Part shown: positions 1-11,710 of the stretch, one piece after another
Numbering within the stretch: the stretch's first letter is position 1
Layout: each line of letters starts with the position of its first letter
NCBI GenBank assembly: GCA_964016885.1
Contig: OZ024744.1
Span: 61,318,001 to 61,382,000, forward strand
Source of the DNA: Eledone cirrhosa
Lineage: Eukaryota
Direction: 5' to 3'
DNA: 64,000 nucleotides
The notes under the pieces: generated by a model
The model's input: the letters and a program-made list of their open reading frames with translations, nothing else
Database searches by the model: none
What the model was told of the DNA's origin: nothing
Program-made: the position numbers and the translations under genes

Positions 1-339
1 GTTTGTTGCTGCAACCTAAACAGACCCAACTTCTACATTGTACTCCAACCCAAACACTACTACAACAACATTGTAGTAACTGTTGTATCAAATACAAACA
101 AAGACATACACGAGCCAACTGGCGAGTCCCCTTTCGTGATGGCTCAAATTTGCTAAAGACAGCAGCCAGATTTCCTTTAACTCACACACTGCTGTCTTAG
201 TGAATAAGGCGTATGACAATGTAGTGGTAGATATGTGTATATATAAAAAGACGAAATGATATGGCTGGAACTCGTTTTGACCAGAAGTCTGTTGCATGAA
301 AGTTGACCAGGGAGTAGACAACTAAGAAATGTACAGCAA

Positions 340-500
340 AGGAGGGCTAAAAAGCAGGGGCGACCTTGGCAGGATTTGAACTCAGAAGGAAGAGGTAATT
401 CATAACAGTAATAGTGATTAGTAACACAAACAGAAGACCACACATTTAGGGCGAGGGGAAATTCGATTAAATTGACACATATCTGACTGGTTCTTTATTG
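340..500 (-). mobile_element. Degenerate tRNA-derived SINE remnant (Meta/MESC-type central domain)
   Basis: 'gaccttggcaggatttgaactcagaa' (B-box region) and 'gactggttctttattg' resemble the better copies at 51985-52160 and 61952-62137. Confidence 0.5.
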
Positions 501-1695
501 AACATAAATACTTTTTTCTGGATATCTACCGACTGTGACACACCGCCTGATTATAATAACAAAAATAATTTTATTGGTTACAAGAAAACAACAAATACAC
601 AGTAGAAGAGATGTTATACACATAAAAACGGTGGGATATGTAGCATGAACAATAAGGATACATTAATAAAGCAGGCAATAATAATTTCTGAACGATATCC
701 TTTTCTTTAACTGCCACAAGGGCGAAAGATGAGAAAAACAATAACGAAAATTATTTATGTTATTAGGCAATAGGGAGCGCGACCAAGCCGTTGGTGTGAG
801 GACAGCCAATATGAAATACTGTCGTGTTGGGAAGACATTGTTTAAAAAGAGACAACTCGACAATAACTATAAAAAGCAATAACAATAAAGAAAATAAGGT
901 GCCAACAAGTTCATTCTATATGATTGAAGAAAAAAAACAAAAAAACCCCCAAATATACCTCGAATCGCACCACACCGACTTAATAACAAACATCACATCC
1001 AACCGTCTTAAAAACAGACATATATAACGGACTTAAAAAGCAATAACAAATCCTCAGAAGTGGAAGGAAAAACACATTTGTTAAGACTAGTCCTAGAGTC
1101 ACCATAACCTAGTAAAAGACAGGATGCTCACGGCAGGAATGTCTGGTCAAAGGTCTGATAACAATCGACATGGGTTTTAACTAACGAAATAATGATTTTA
1201 AACATTTCATAACGCTGGCACAAGGCCACAAATCATGGTGGGAGGGTAAAGACGGTCATAACAACTACAGTACTTAGACTGGTAGTTTATTTTATCGACA
1301 ATAACTTATTAAATACATAAAATATATACAACAAACACGCGCACACAAACATGGGGAATAATACAATCAGCTAAAAGTAGTAGCCACATTTCCCTAATAA
1401 ACTGTCTTGAAGAAAAAAAAAAAAAAAAGAAACGGCTGTTCTTAGATACTAAAAAAAGTCGTGATGGTTGTGACTGAATTGACTTTGATAATGACATGGA
1501 ACGTAAATATATATGTACCTTTGTATGCATGTGCGTACAAAGGTACTATGTATGTACACACGCACTTACATAAAATGTAAGCGAGACTACCAAAAGCAGC
1601 ACACAATTCTATTATAAACATACATAAACACGTGCAAGACTAAATAGAAACATAGACCCTGTCTAAATAATGAAATATTGTTTTAATATACGCCC

Positions 1696-1727
<32 letters not shown>

Positions 1728-1850
1728 AATATATATACACACACACATACATATATATATATATATGGAGAGTGGGGGGGGGGGGGGGGGTAGACATTTA
1801 ATTTTAAAAAAAATTTTTTAAAAGAAACGCAGTTATATAATATACGCATT

Positions 1851-1888
<38 letters not shown>

Positions 1889-2494
1889 CATACATACATA
1901 CATAGTGTGTACACAGGAATAATGGAAAATACAATATTCATATTAATACATTTTAATATAAGCATATAGAAATTAACGTGTAGTATATATTTACATGTAT
2001 GGACATAACGATGTATATACTATTTGTTTATATAAATACATTTATAAATGCACAGTGGATACATTATATACATACATGCATATTGTAGGTTTATAAATTA
2101 TACATATATATTATACAAAATAATATAAACACCCCTATACACAACAAAATGACTTACCGGTGTTAAGTATTATTCCTTAATTGGCCGTATTTGAATTAAA
2201 CCATCAGGTTGTCACACCTATACACCCTTAAAATATATACATACATGTATATATACAACTGTCTTTGTGTGTACATAAAAATATATATTCAAGAAACAAG
2301 CGAAGACACTGTTTTGTTACTTACGTGAGAGTTACACTGAATCCACTGGTTTATACCCGTCACTGTCTCCAGAGAATGGTGGTGGTGGGAGAGCAGAGTA
2401 GATGGTTGTGTCGTCGTTTTGTCTTTGTATTTATACGTTTTCCGTTTTGCACGCGCATACACATATACAGATGTATTAGCAGTGTATGTATATT

Positions 2495-2529
<35 letters not shown>

Positions 2530-2578
2530 ATTTATATATATAATATATATATATATTTATATATATAATATATATGTT

Positions 2579-2608
<30 letters not shown>

Positions 2609-2609
<1 letters not shown>

Positions 2610-2812
2610 TTTTTTATTTTATAGAAGGAGCTTCTACAGGACTAGTACTGTTTCATTCAGATGAAATCTTCAGGCGCTTCCTGAAGATTTCATCTGAATG
2701 AAACAGTACTAGTCCTGTAGAAGCTCCTTCTATAAAATAAAAAATTTTTACTCTGCCATGTATTGAGTACCTTACTTACTGTGGTTATCCCCGACTCAAC
2801 CCGGGACCTACG
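2609..2812 (+). mobile_element. Short PLE pLTR-like fragment with a fold-back palindrome and a hammerhead ribozyme
   Basis: Inverted arms ~2609-2674 and ~2680-2745 with a 5-nt spacer. Homologous to 2940-3075 on the minus strand. Embedded in (TA)n. Confidence 0.7.
2676..2724 (+). ncRNA. Type I hammerhead ribozyme (family HH-2)
   Basis: GCUUC-CUGAAGA-uUUCAucUGAAu-GAAA-CAG(uacuaguc)CUG-UA|GAAGC: stems I and III pair and the core is intact. Confidence 0.7.
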
Positions 2813-2846
2813 TATATTTATATATATATATATATATTTATATATT

Positions 2847-2879
<33 letters not shown>

Positions 2880-2889
2880 ATTTATATAA

Positions 2890-2935
<46 letters not shown>

Positions 2936-3022
2936 GTTTATTCCGAGTTCAAATGGGGGTAACCACAGTAAGTGAAGTACTCAATACATAGCAGAGGATA
3001 AATATTTAATTAATATACAAAT

Positions 3023-3074
3023 GGCTTCTACAGGACTAGAACTGTTTCATTCGCGAGAAATCATCAGGAAAGCC
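3023..3074 (-). ncRNA. Type I hammerhead ribozyme (family HH-2, second copy)
   Basis: Minus strand reads GGCUUUC-CUGAUGA-uUUCucgcGAAu-GAAA-CAG(uucuaguc)CUG-UA|GAAGCC. Confidence 0.65.
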
Positions 3075-3094
3075 CCCCCCCCCACATACACACA

Positions 3095-3173
<79 letters not shown>

Positions 3174-3175
3174 AA

Positions 3176-3227
<52 letters not shown>

Positions 3228-3268
3228 GTAAATATATATATATATATGTATATATATATGTATATATA

Positions 3269-3550
3269 GGAGGCACATGGCTTAGTGGTTAGAGCATTGG
3301 CCTTGCAATCGAAAGGTTGTGAGTTCAATCCTCAGACCGGGTGATGTGGTGTTTCCTTGAGCAAGACACTTTATTTCACATTGCTCCAGTTTACTCAGCT
3401 GTAGAAATGAGATGATAGGGACTGGGGTCCCTATCATTCCACTGCAAAGTGGACGTGTAGGCGCCACAGCAAAAAAGCATCCAGCACTCACTGTAAATGA
3501 GGTTGGTGTTAGGAAGGGCATCCAGCTGTAGAATCCCACCCTTGCAAGCA
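3269..3550 (+). mobile_element. tRNA-derived CORE-SINE with RTE-derived body and tail
   Basis: A box TGGCTTAGTGG, B box GAGTTCAATCC, CORE-like 'ccttgagcaagacacttt...cagtttactcagctgtagaaatg', then an RTE-shared module and tail 'cccacccttgcaagc'. Confidence 0.85.
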
Positions 3551-3654
3551 TATATGTATATATGTATATATATATTGGAAAGACCAATGGAAACATTGTT
3601 TCTTCGGTCCAATTTGACGAAAGTCGATATATATATATTTATTTATTTGTATAT

Positions 3655-3694
<40 letters not shown>

Positions 3695-3821
3695 GGTTAA
3701 ACAAGGTTCAATGAATAAAGTTTCACAATAGATTAGAAGCATTCCACAATAAAATGGTTTTCTGGAGTTATTAATATTAATTCAAAATATTAACAAATAT
3801 AGACATTCATGTGATCAAGTA

Positions 3822-3888
3822 TATTTTATTATACATATTTCAGAGGTACTGAGCTATTTTCAACAGTACGTCCTCATCAGATAAAATA
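3822..3888 (-). ncRNA. Type I hammerhead ribozyme (family HH-1)
   Basis: Reverse complement of 4069-4135. Confidence 0.8.
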
Positions 3889-4068
3889 GGTTGATTCTTG
3901 ACATACCTTGACTATGTTGATGGTTAAAATTCAGTCATGGCAGTGAATTAGTTATGACAAAACTCAATATATAAATATTGAGTTTTGTTATAAATATTGT
4001 CATAACTAATTCACTGCCATGACTGAATTTTAACCATCAACATAGTCAAGGTATGTCAAGAAACAACC

Positions 4069-4135
4069 TATTTTATCTGATGAGGACGTACTGTTGAAAA
4101 TAGCTCAGTACCTCTGAAATATGTATAATAAAATA
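4069..4135 (+). ncRNA. Type I hammerhead ribozyme (family HH-1)
   Basis: UAUUUUAU-CUGAUGA-GGAcGUACUG(12-nt loop)CAGUACcUCU-GAAA-UAUGUAU-A|AUAAAAUA, with self-complementary stem III AUAUGUAU. Predicted cleavage after 4127. Confidence 0.85.
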
Positions 4136-4262
4136 TACTTGATCACATGAATGTCTATATTTGTTAATATTTTGAATTAATATTAATAACTCCAGAAAAC
4201 CATTTTATTGTGGAGTGCTTCTAATCTATTGTGAAACTTTATTCATTGAACCTTGTTTAACC

Positions 4263-4301
<39 letters not shown>

Positions 4302-4330
4302 TATATATACAAATAAATAAATATATATAT

Positions 4331-4699
4331 CTCAGTAGGCACCTCTAACAAAATACACCCCGTCTCACTACCCACACCCCATCCACACCACCCCTTTCAA
4401 TGTAAAGTTATGTTGGTGTCACAACATCCAGCCCGAAACAAATGACGTCGTGTAGGTGTCACGACAAAAAAAACACACAGTCCACACTGTAATGTGGCCG
4501 TGTAGGTAACATGGTAAAAACCTCCCAGCCCCACACTGTAAATGTGGTTGGTGTTAGGAAGGGCATCCAGCCGTAGAAAACCCGCCAGACAGTCCTATGC
4601 GAGCAAGACAACCACTCTTGCCTCAAGTGGGAAAACTCCCGTCCAGACCCATACAAGCGTGGAATATGGACGTTAAACGATGATGATGATGATGATGAT
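4331..4699 (+). mobile_element. RTE family A 3' UTR fragment with (GAT)n tail
   Basis: Matches the 3' UTRs at 41670-42043 and 44100-44468. Confidence 0.85.
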
Positions 4700-4902
4700 A
4701 TCGACTTTCGTCAAATTGGACCGAAGAAACAATGTTTCCATTGGTCTTACCAATTGTTAACACTATCTATCGGTCGTAACTCCAGGTAGAAGGAGCAACG
4801 CAAAATAAAATGTCTTGCAAAGACATAATACATCACCCGGTCTGGGAATCGAAATCACAACCTCACGATTGCAAATCCAATTCTCTCAACCATGCGCCTT
4901 CA
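4697..4902 (-). mobile_element. Degenerate tRNA/CORE-type SINE with a different tail
   Basis: Head similar to 3269-3380. Tail 'ccaatggaaacattgtttc' is shared with 59345-59525. Confidence 0.65.
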
Positions 4903-4956
4903 AAAAAAAAAAAAAAAAGAAATATATATATATATATTCATATGTGTGTACGAATA

Positions 4957-7900
4957 TCATCATCATCATCATCATCATCATCGTTTGACGTCCATCTTTC
5001 ACGCTTGCATGGGTTTGGACGGGAGTTTTCCCACTTGAGGCAAGATTGGTTGTCCTGCTCGTATAGGACTGTCTGGTGGGTTTTCTAGGCTGGATGCCCT
5101 TCCTAACACCAACCACATTTACAGTGTGACTGGGAGGTTTTTACCGTGTTACCTACACGGCCACATTACAGCGTGGACTGTGTGTTCTTTTGTCGTGACA
5201 CCTACACGTCTGGCGGGTTTTCTACGGCTGGATGCCCTTCCCAACACCAACCACGTTTACAGTGTGGACTGGGAGGTTTTTACCATGTTACCTAGACGGC
5301 CACATTACAGCGTGGACTGTGTGTTTTTTTTTGTCATGACACCTACACAACCTCATTTGTTTCGGACTGGATGTTGTGGTACCAACATAACTTCACATTT
5401 AAGGGGATGGTGTGGATGGGGTGGGGTAGTGGGACAGGGGTGTATTTTTGTTAGAGGTGCCTACTGACTGTAGGTTTCGCTTTGTACTTAGGCAAGGCAG
5501 GTCTTCTGTATTACTGTATAGCGCCAAAGATCTCGGTCCAGTGATATTGTCTTGGAGAGGTGTAAGTGTGTGAGGTCGGAATTTATCAAGCCGTCCCAGG
5601 TTTTTCTGGGTCTGCCTACTCCGTGGTTATCGTCTATTTTTATTGCCCTGCACTTTTTTATACAGTTGTCGTCTTTCATGCGCATCACGTGACCGTACCA
5701 AAGTAGTCTTCTCTCGAGTAAACAACATCTGATCCCTCTTATTCCTAATTTCTCCCTTAGTTCGTTTATGCTTTGCCGTTCACATATATTACTATTACAC
5801 ACATCCAGCGGAGCATGCAAGCTTTGTTCCTCTCCAGTCTGCGCAGGTCCTCTGCACACAATGCCCAGGTCTCACTGCCATGTAACATTGCTGTTTGTAT
5901 GCAGGCATCATACAGCCTGCCTTTCATTTTTAGAGAGAACCCTTTAGCGGCCAATAGCGGTATAAGCTCTCTGAACTTTTTCCATCCCGTTCTGACTCTA
6001 GCTACTGTACTTTCAGAGCACCCAGCCCACTGCTGATTTTGTCACCCAGGTAACGGAAGGTGTCCACTATTTCTATAGAACCATCTGTGCAATGGAATGA
6101 GCTAGTATTCTGTGGGCACTTGCTGCTACTTATTGCACCAGAGCATCGGCCACATATAAAATCTATATTCTTAGTTAGCTTACCTGTGATCCCATTACCT
6201 CTTTTATGCACCCATACTTTGCATTTGGGAAATAAAATGGAGTTTCTGCCTACTCCTTTCCTACACACTGAGCATGGCCATTTCCCAGATGGGACCGGTG
6301 CCCTATTTTCCTTCCTACAAACTAGGACTTTAGTCTTAGACAAGTTAACTTTAAGGCCTTTTGATTCTAGGCCGTGCTTCCATGTTTGGAATTTCTTCTC
6401 GAGTTCCGCCATTGATTCAGCTATGAGCGTTAGATCATCTGCATATAGGAGCTCCCATGGGCAGCCGGTCTTGAACTCCTCTGTTATAGCCTGAAGGGCA
6501 ATAATAAATAGTAGGGGGCTAAGGACGGAGCCCTGATGAACACCAACTTTTACGCTAAACTCTTCACTATATTCGTTGTTAATTCTAACCTTGCTGACTG
6601 TTTCTTTATACATGGCTTCTATAGCTCTCACAAGCCATTCATCAACGCCTAGTTTTCTAGAGCCCACCAGATAATGGAGCGGGGGACTCTGTCAAGGGAT
6701 TTCTCCAAGTCGACAAAAGCTAAGTATAGGGGTTTACTTTTAGCTAGGTACTTCTCTTGTAGTTGTCGTACAATGAAAAGAGCGTCTGTGGTACTTTTAC
6801 CTGACACAAACCCGAACTGCATTTCATCTAGATCAATTCGTTCTCTGATTAGTTGCGCTATTACTTTTTCTGTGACCTTCATGACCTGATCGATTAATTT
6901 AATGCCTCTATAGTTACCCCTATCTAGGGCATCTCCTTTACCCTTGTAGCAGTTAATGATGATGCTGCTACGCCAATCCTTCGGAATGGCCCCATTCTGT
7001 ATGACTTGGTTTACAATCCGGGTGACCATAGTGTGTCCCACCGTTCCAGATGCTTTCAGCATTTCAGCAACTATTTCTGAAGGCCCAGCCGCCTTACTCG
7101 TCTTCATATCTTTTAGTGCCTTACTTATTATACTACCTTCAAATAGCATTGCTGGTCCCTTTATTGGATCGATGTGGGGGAGACTGTCTTTCTCCCATTT
7201 ATTCTCCTCATTTAGTAGCCTTTCGTAGTGACACTTCCAAGCTACCTTCTTATCAGCATCAGTGATGGCAAGTACACCATCATCATTAAGGACACACTTC
7301 TCCCCGACAATATCACGGTTTTCCTTGACACATTGCCTAGCAATCCTGAACACCTCACGTTTTTGGTCCTCGCGTTGTAGAACATGCTTGAACTTTCTTA
7401 CCTCTGCTTCCCTTCTTGTGAAGTACACTTGTCTCCTAGCTTCCCTCCTGGCCACTTGATAGTCTTCTCTACTTCCCCCATCCCGCCATACTTTCCAAGC
7501 CTACTTTTTGGCCTTAATTGACTTCTCCACCTTACTGTTCCACCACCACGTTACTCTCCTCCTGCCTATAGGCTTGCTCCAGGTACAGACTTCATCTGCC
7601 GCCTTCAGCAAGTTAGCTTTCAGGAATTCCCACTGTTCCTCTATATTGTACGACTCTAATTGATCTTCCTTACTGTCGAAAGCATCAAGTTATATGCTTT
7701 TAAATTTATTACTGGCTGTGGGGTCCTTTAGCTTCCATATTTTTCTCCTGAGGATAGCCCACCTCTGTTGTCGAGTACGTCTTGTCCTGACTATGAGGTC
7801 GCTGACTATGAGTCTATGTTAGGAGGTGCATTCTTCATGGAGGAGGGATTCAGTGTTTACAACAGACACTCTATCACTTCTTCTGGTAAGGATATAATCT

Positions 7901-8107
7901 ATCTGACTGGCGTGTTCCCCTGATCTATAGGTGATCAGGTGATTGTCTCGTTTTTTGAAGTTAGTGTTACAGATAGTTAGGTTATTTGCGTCACAGAATT
8001 CCAGGATTCTGGAGCCTTCCTCATTTCTAGTACCAAACCCATAGCCTCCATGGATTCCGTCATAGCTGTCACAATGTTGTCCAACGTTACAGATAGTTAG
8101 GTTATTT
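4957..8107 (-). mobile_element. RTE-clade LINE family A, 5'-truncated and frameshifted (part of APE, RT with PHD finger, 3' UTR)
   Basis: ORFs 7819-8127 (APE: SQIDYIL), 6649-7455, 6002-6667 (QGSVLSP, YADD), 5488-5954. (CAT)n tail at 4957-4983. Confidence 0.95.
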
Positions 8108-8120
8108 ATATATATATATA

Positions 8121-9110
8121 TCATCATAATCTATAAAGCTCAGTGTGTGGTGATGCTCCTTCGATATAGAATTTCTTCAATTGAAATTTACAATTCAGTA
8201 TTCGAAATAGTTTCGATTGCGTCTTGACGCAGATAATTTTTTCAATTTCACCCAGAATTACGCAAAAAATAGATAAAACTCAATATTTTACGATTTTTCT
8301 CTCTCATTTAAACTGCTGAACTCTTTCTACTACCATTCAAAATCTATACAACTTCATACTTTCTGCTACTTTCTCTTTCCAAGCTTGATAGTAATACTGT
8401 CCGTTCACACCACTCCCTACTGTCTTAAATTTAGAAAACACATATCCTCTATGAGGTTACTAAACCTGCTAGAAACTGCAGCTAACTCTCTCCCATATCG
8501 CACCCCTCCCACACCACTCCCTACTGTCTTAAATTTAGAAAACACATATCCTCTATGAGGTTACTAAACCTGCTAGAAACAGCAACTAACTCTCCCCCAT
8601 ATCACACCCCTCCCTAGTGTCTTAAATTTAGAAAACATATCTTCTATGAGGTCACTAAACCTGCTAGAAACAGCAGCTAACTCTCCCCCATATCACACCA
8701 CTCCCTACTGTCTTAAATTTAGAAAACACATATCCTCTATGAGGTCACTAAACCTGCTAGAAACAACAGCTAACTCTCCCTCATATCACAACCTTCCCTA
8801 CTGTCTTAAATTTAGAAAACACACAGACAACCATGCAGAACAACTCCATCGCAGCTCTGTTGTTCGGCTGGCATCGTCTACGCGCGTGTTGCGCAAGTAT
8901 TGTGAAACAATAAATTTCAACACTTTTTTGCACAGAGATAATATCCATAGGCGAAACTACAATTGTCACTGCTGGCGCAGCTCATGCTTCCAGGTCTGCA
9001 ATTCATTCACCCAGTGCCTGGCAGACAAAAAAGTGCTGCCATAAAATGGGTGGTGCAACCTAACTTTGGTAACTTAATGACCCCGAGCAACGCCGAGCTT
9101 TAATGCTAGT
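8121..9110 (+). mobile_element. Non-autonomous Helitron containing a minisatellite
   Basis: 5' 'tc...tctataaagctcagtgtgtg'. 3' 'cccgagcaacgccgagctttaatgCTAG|t' is the same terminus as 39606-39632 on the minus strand. Confidence 0.7.
8407..8824 (+). repeat. Minisatellite, unit ~85-105 bp, about 4.5 copies
   Basis: Repeated 'ccctactgtcttaaatttagaaaacacatatcctctatgagg..actaaacctgctagaaacagcagctaactctcccccatatcacacc'. Confidence 0.95.
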
Positions 9111-9121
9111 ATATATATATA

Positions 9122-9198
9122 TGAAATATGTATAATAAAATATACTTGATCACATGAATGTCTATATTTGTTAATATTTTGAATATTTTGAATTAATA
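9122..9198 (+). mobile_element. Short PLE pLTR fragment (3' half of HH-1 and downstream sequence)
   Basis: Matches 4115-4180. Confidence 0.75.
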
Positions 9199-9355
9199 TA
9201 TATATATATATATATAAGTCGAGTTATCCTGTTGTGAGCAATGCTAAGTCAGGTGACCATGTCTTGCTCATATAGAACTGATCCTGGTTTCGTTTCTACA
9301 GATAGATGCCTTTCCTAACACCAACCTCATTTATAGTGAGTACTGGGTACTTATA

Positions 9356-9387
<32 letters not shown>

Positions 9388-9643
9388 GCGGCGATGAATA
9401 TAACACCACTGACGATGTTGCAGATGTGCAACGAAAGATTTATGTAAATTATGTAAACTATATATATGTGTTTGTGTCCTTATTGTATCTGTATTATTTT
9501 TGACCGCCGGTCAGTCAATGGCAACATTGAGGACCGAGTAAGTTAGATCGCAGATATAAAAGACAGCGAGAAGCGAAAACCAACCAAACAGTGAGTGTGT
9601 TCTGTTATTAATTCTGGCAATATTACGCAAATATGACCCTCCC

Positions 9644-9675
<32 letters not shown>

Positions 9676-9935
9676 CGCGTGTGTGTGAATATATATATAT
9701 ATATCCTCATCATCATCATCATTATCATCATTATCATCATAGTTTAACATCTGTTGTCCACACTAGCAGAACTGTTTCTGGGTAGGTTTCTACGGATGGA
9801 TCCCATTCCTAATGCTAACCACATTTACAGTGTGTGCTGAGTGCTTTTTTTCGTGATTCCTACACAACCACTTTGCATATGTATATGTGTGAGTGTGTGT
9901 GTATGTATATATATATATATGTGTGTGTGTATATA

Positions 9936-11690
9936 TCATCATCATCATCAACGTTTAAAGTCCGTGTTCCACGCTTGCATGGGTTTGGACGGGGGTTTTC
10001 CCACTTGAGGCAAGAGTGATTGTCTTGCTCGCATAGGACTGCCTGGCGGGTTTTCTACAGCTGGATGCCCTTCCTAACACCAACCACATTTACAGTGTGG
10101 GTCTGGGAGGTTTTTACCGTGTTGCCTACACGGCCACATTACAGCGTGGACTGTGTGTTTTTTTGTCGTGACACCTACACGATCTCATTTGTTTCGGCCT
10201 GGATGTTGTGGCACCAACATAACTTTACATTGAAGGGGCGGTGTGGATGGGGTGGGGGTGGTGGGACGTGGGTGTATTTTGTTAGAGATGCCTACTGGCT
10301 GTAGTAGGTTTTACTTTGTATTTAGGTAAGGCGGGTCTTCTCTATTACTGAGTACCGTGACATATTTCAGTGACATTGTCTTGGAGAGGTGTAAATGTGT
10401 GAGGTCAGAATTTATCAGCTCGTCCCAGGTTTTTCTGGGTCTGCCTACTCCATAGCTACCGTCTATCTTTATTGCCCTGCACTTTGTTATACAGCTGTCA
10501 TCTTTCATGCGCATCACGTGACCATACCAACGTAGCCTTCTCTCGAGTAAACAACATCTGATCCCTCTTATTTCTAATTTTTTCCTTAGTTCGCTTATGC
10601 TTTGCCGTTCACGTATGTTACTATTACACATCCAGCGGAGCATGCAAGCTTCGTTCCTCTCTAGTCTGCGTATATCCTCTGCACACGATGCCCAGGTCTC
10701 ACTGCCATGCAACATTGCTGTTCGTATACAGGCATCATACAACCTGCCTTTCATTCTTAGGGAGAACCCTTTAGCGGCTAATAGTGGTATAAGCTCTCTG
10801 AACTTTTTCTAACCAGTTCTGACTCTAGCTACTGTACTTTCAGAGCACCCTCCCCCACTGCTGATTTTGTCGCCCAGGTAACGGAAGCTGTCCACTATTT
10901 CTATAGAACACTCTGTGCAATTGAAAGAGCTAGTATTCTGTGGGCACTTGCTGCTACTTATTGCACCAGAGCACCGGCCACATGTAAAATCTATGTTCTT
11001 AGTTAGCTTACCTGTGATCCCACTACATCTTTTATGCACCCATACTTTGCATTTGGGACATAAAATAGAGTTTCTACCTACGCCTTTCCTACACACTGAG
11101 CATGACCATTTCCCGGAAGGGACCGGCGCCTTATTTTCTTTCCTACAAACTAGAACTTTAGTCTTAGCCAGGTTAATTTTAAGGCCTTTTGATTCTAGGC
11201 CGTGCTTCCATGTTTGGAATTTCTTCTCGAGCTCGGCCATTGATTCAGCTATGAGCGTTAGATCATCTGCGTATAGGAGTTCCCATGGGCAGCCGGTCTT
11301 GAACTCCTCTGTTATAGCCTGAAGGGCAATAATAAATAGTAGGGGGCTAAGAACGGAGCCCTGATGGACACCAACTTTTACGCTAAACTCTTCACTATAT
11401 TCATTGTTAATTCTAACCTTGCTGACTGTTTCTTTATACATGGCTTGTATAGCTCTCACAAGCCATTCGTCAACATCTAGTTTTCTAAGAGCCCACCAGA
11501 TAATGGAACGGGGGACTCTGTCGAAGGGGTTCTCCAAGTCAACAAAAGCTAAGTATAGGGGTTTACTTTTAGCTAGGTACTTCTCCTGTAGTTGTCGTAC
11601 AATGAAAAGAGCGTCTGTGGTACTTTTGCCTGATACAAACCCGAACTGCATTTCATCTAGATCAATTCTCTCTCTGATTAGTTGCGCTAT
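9936..11690 (-). mobile_element. RTE family A, 5'-truncated
   Basis: ORFs 10809-11651 (YADD, PHD) and 10311-10754 are separated by a W-to-stop change. (CAT)n tail present. Confidence 0.95.
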
Positions 11691-11710
11691 TTATATATAT
11701 ATATATATAA

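Larger units (their letters stand above)
3687..4270. mobile_element. Inverted pair of PLE pLTRs (same family as the element at 52288-57170)
   Basis: 3687-3970 is the reverse complement of ~3997-4270. Both match 52288-52490 and 56975-57170. Confidence 0.85.

Noticed and set aside
1640-3328. Many ORFs rich in IYIY or HTHT (also near 19.3, 22.3, 39.5, 40.7, 44.5 and 58.1 kb)
   Set aside because: These are translations of (TA)n/(CA)n microsatellites, not genes.
3269-3345. tRNA-Cys-like sequence (A box, GCA, B box)
   Set aside because: There is no proper acceptor stem and the sequence continues into CORE, so it is a SINE head.
8407-8824. Regularly spaced repeats resembling a CRISPR array
   Set aside because: There are no unique spacers or cas genes and the context is eukaryotic; this is a minisatellite.
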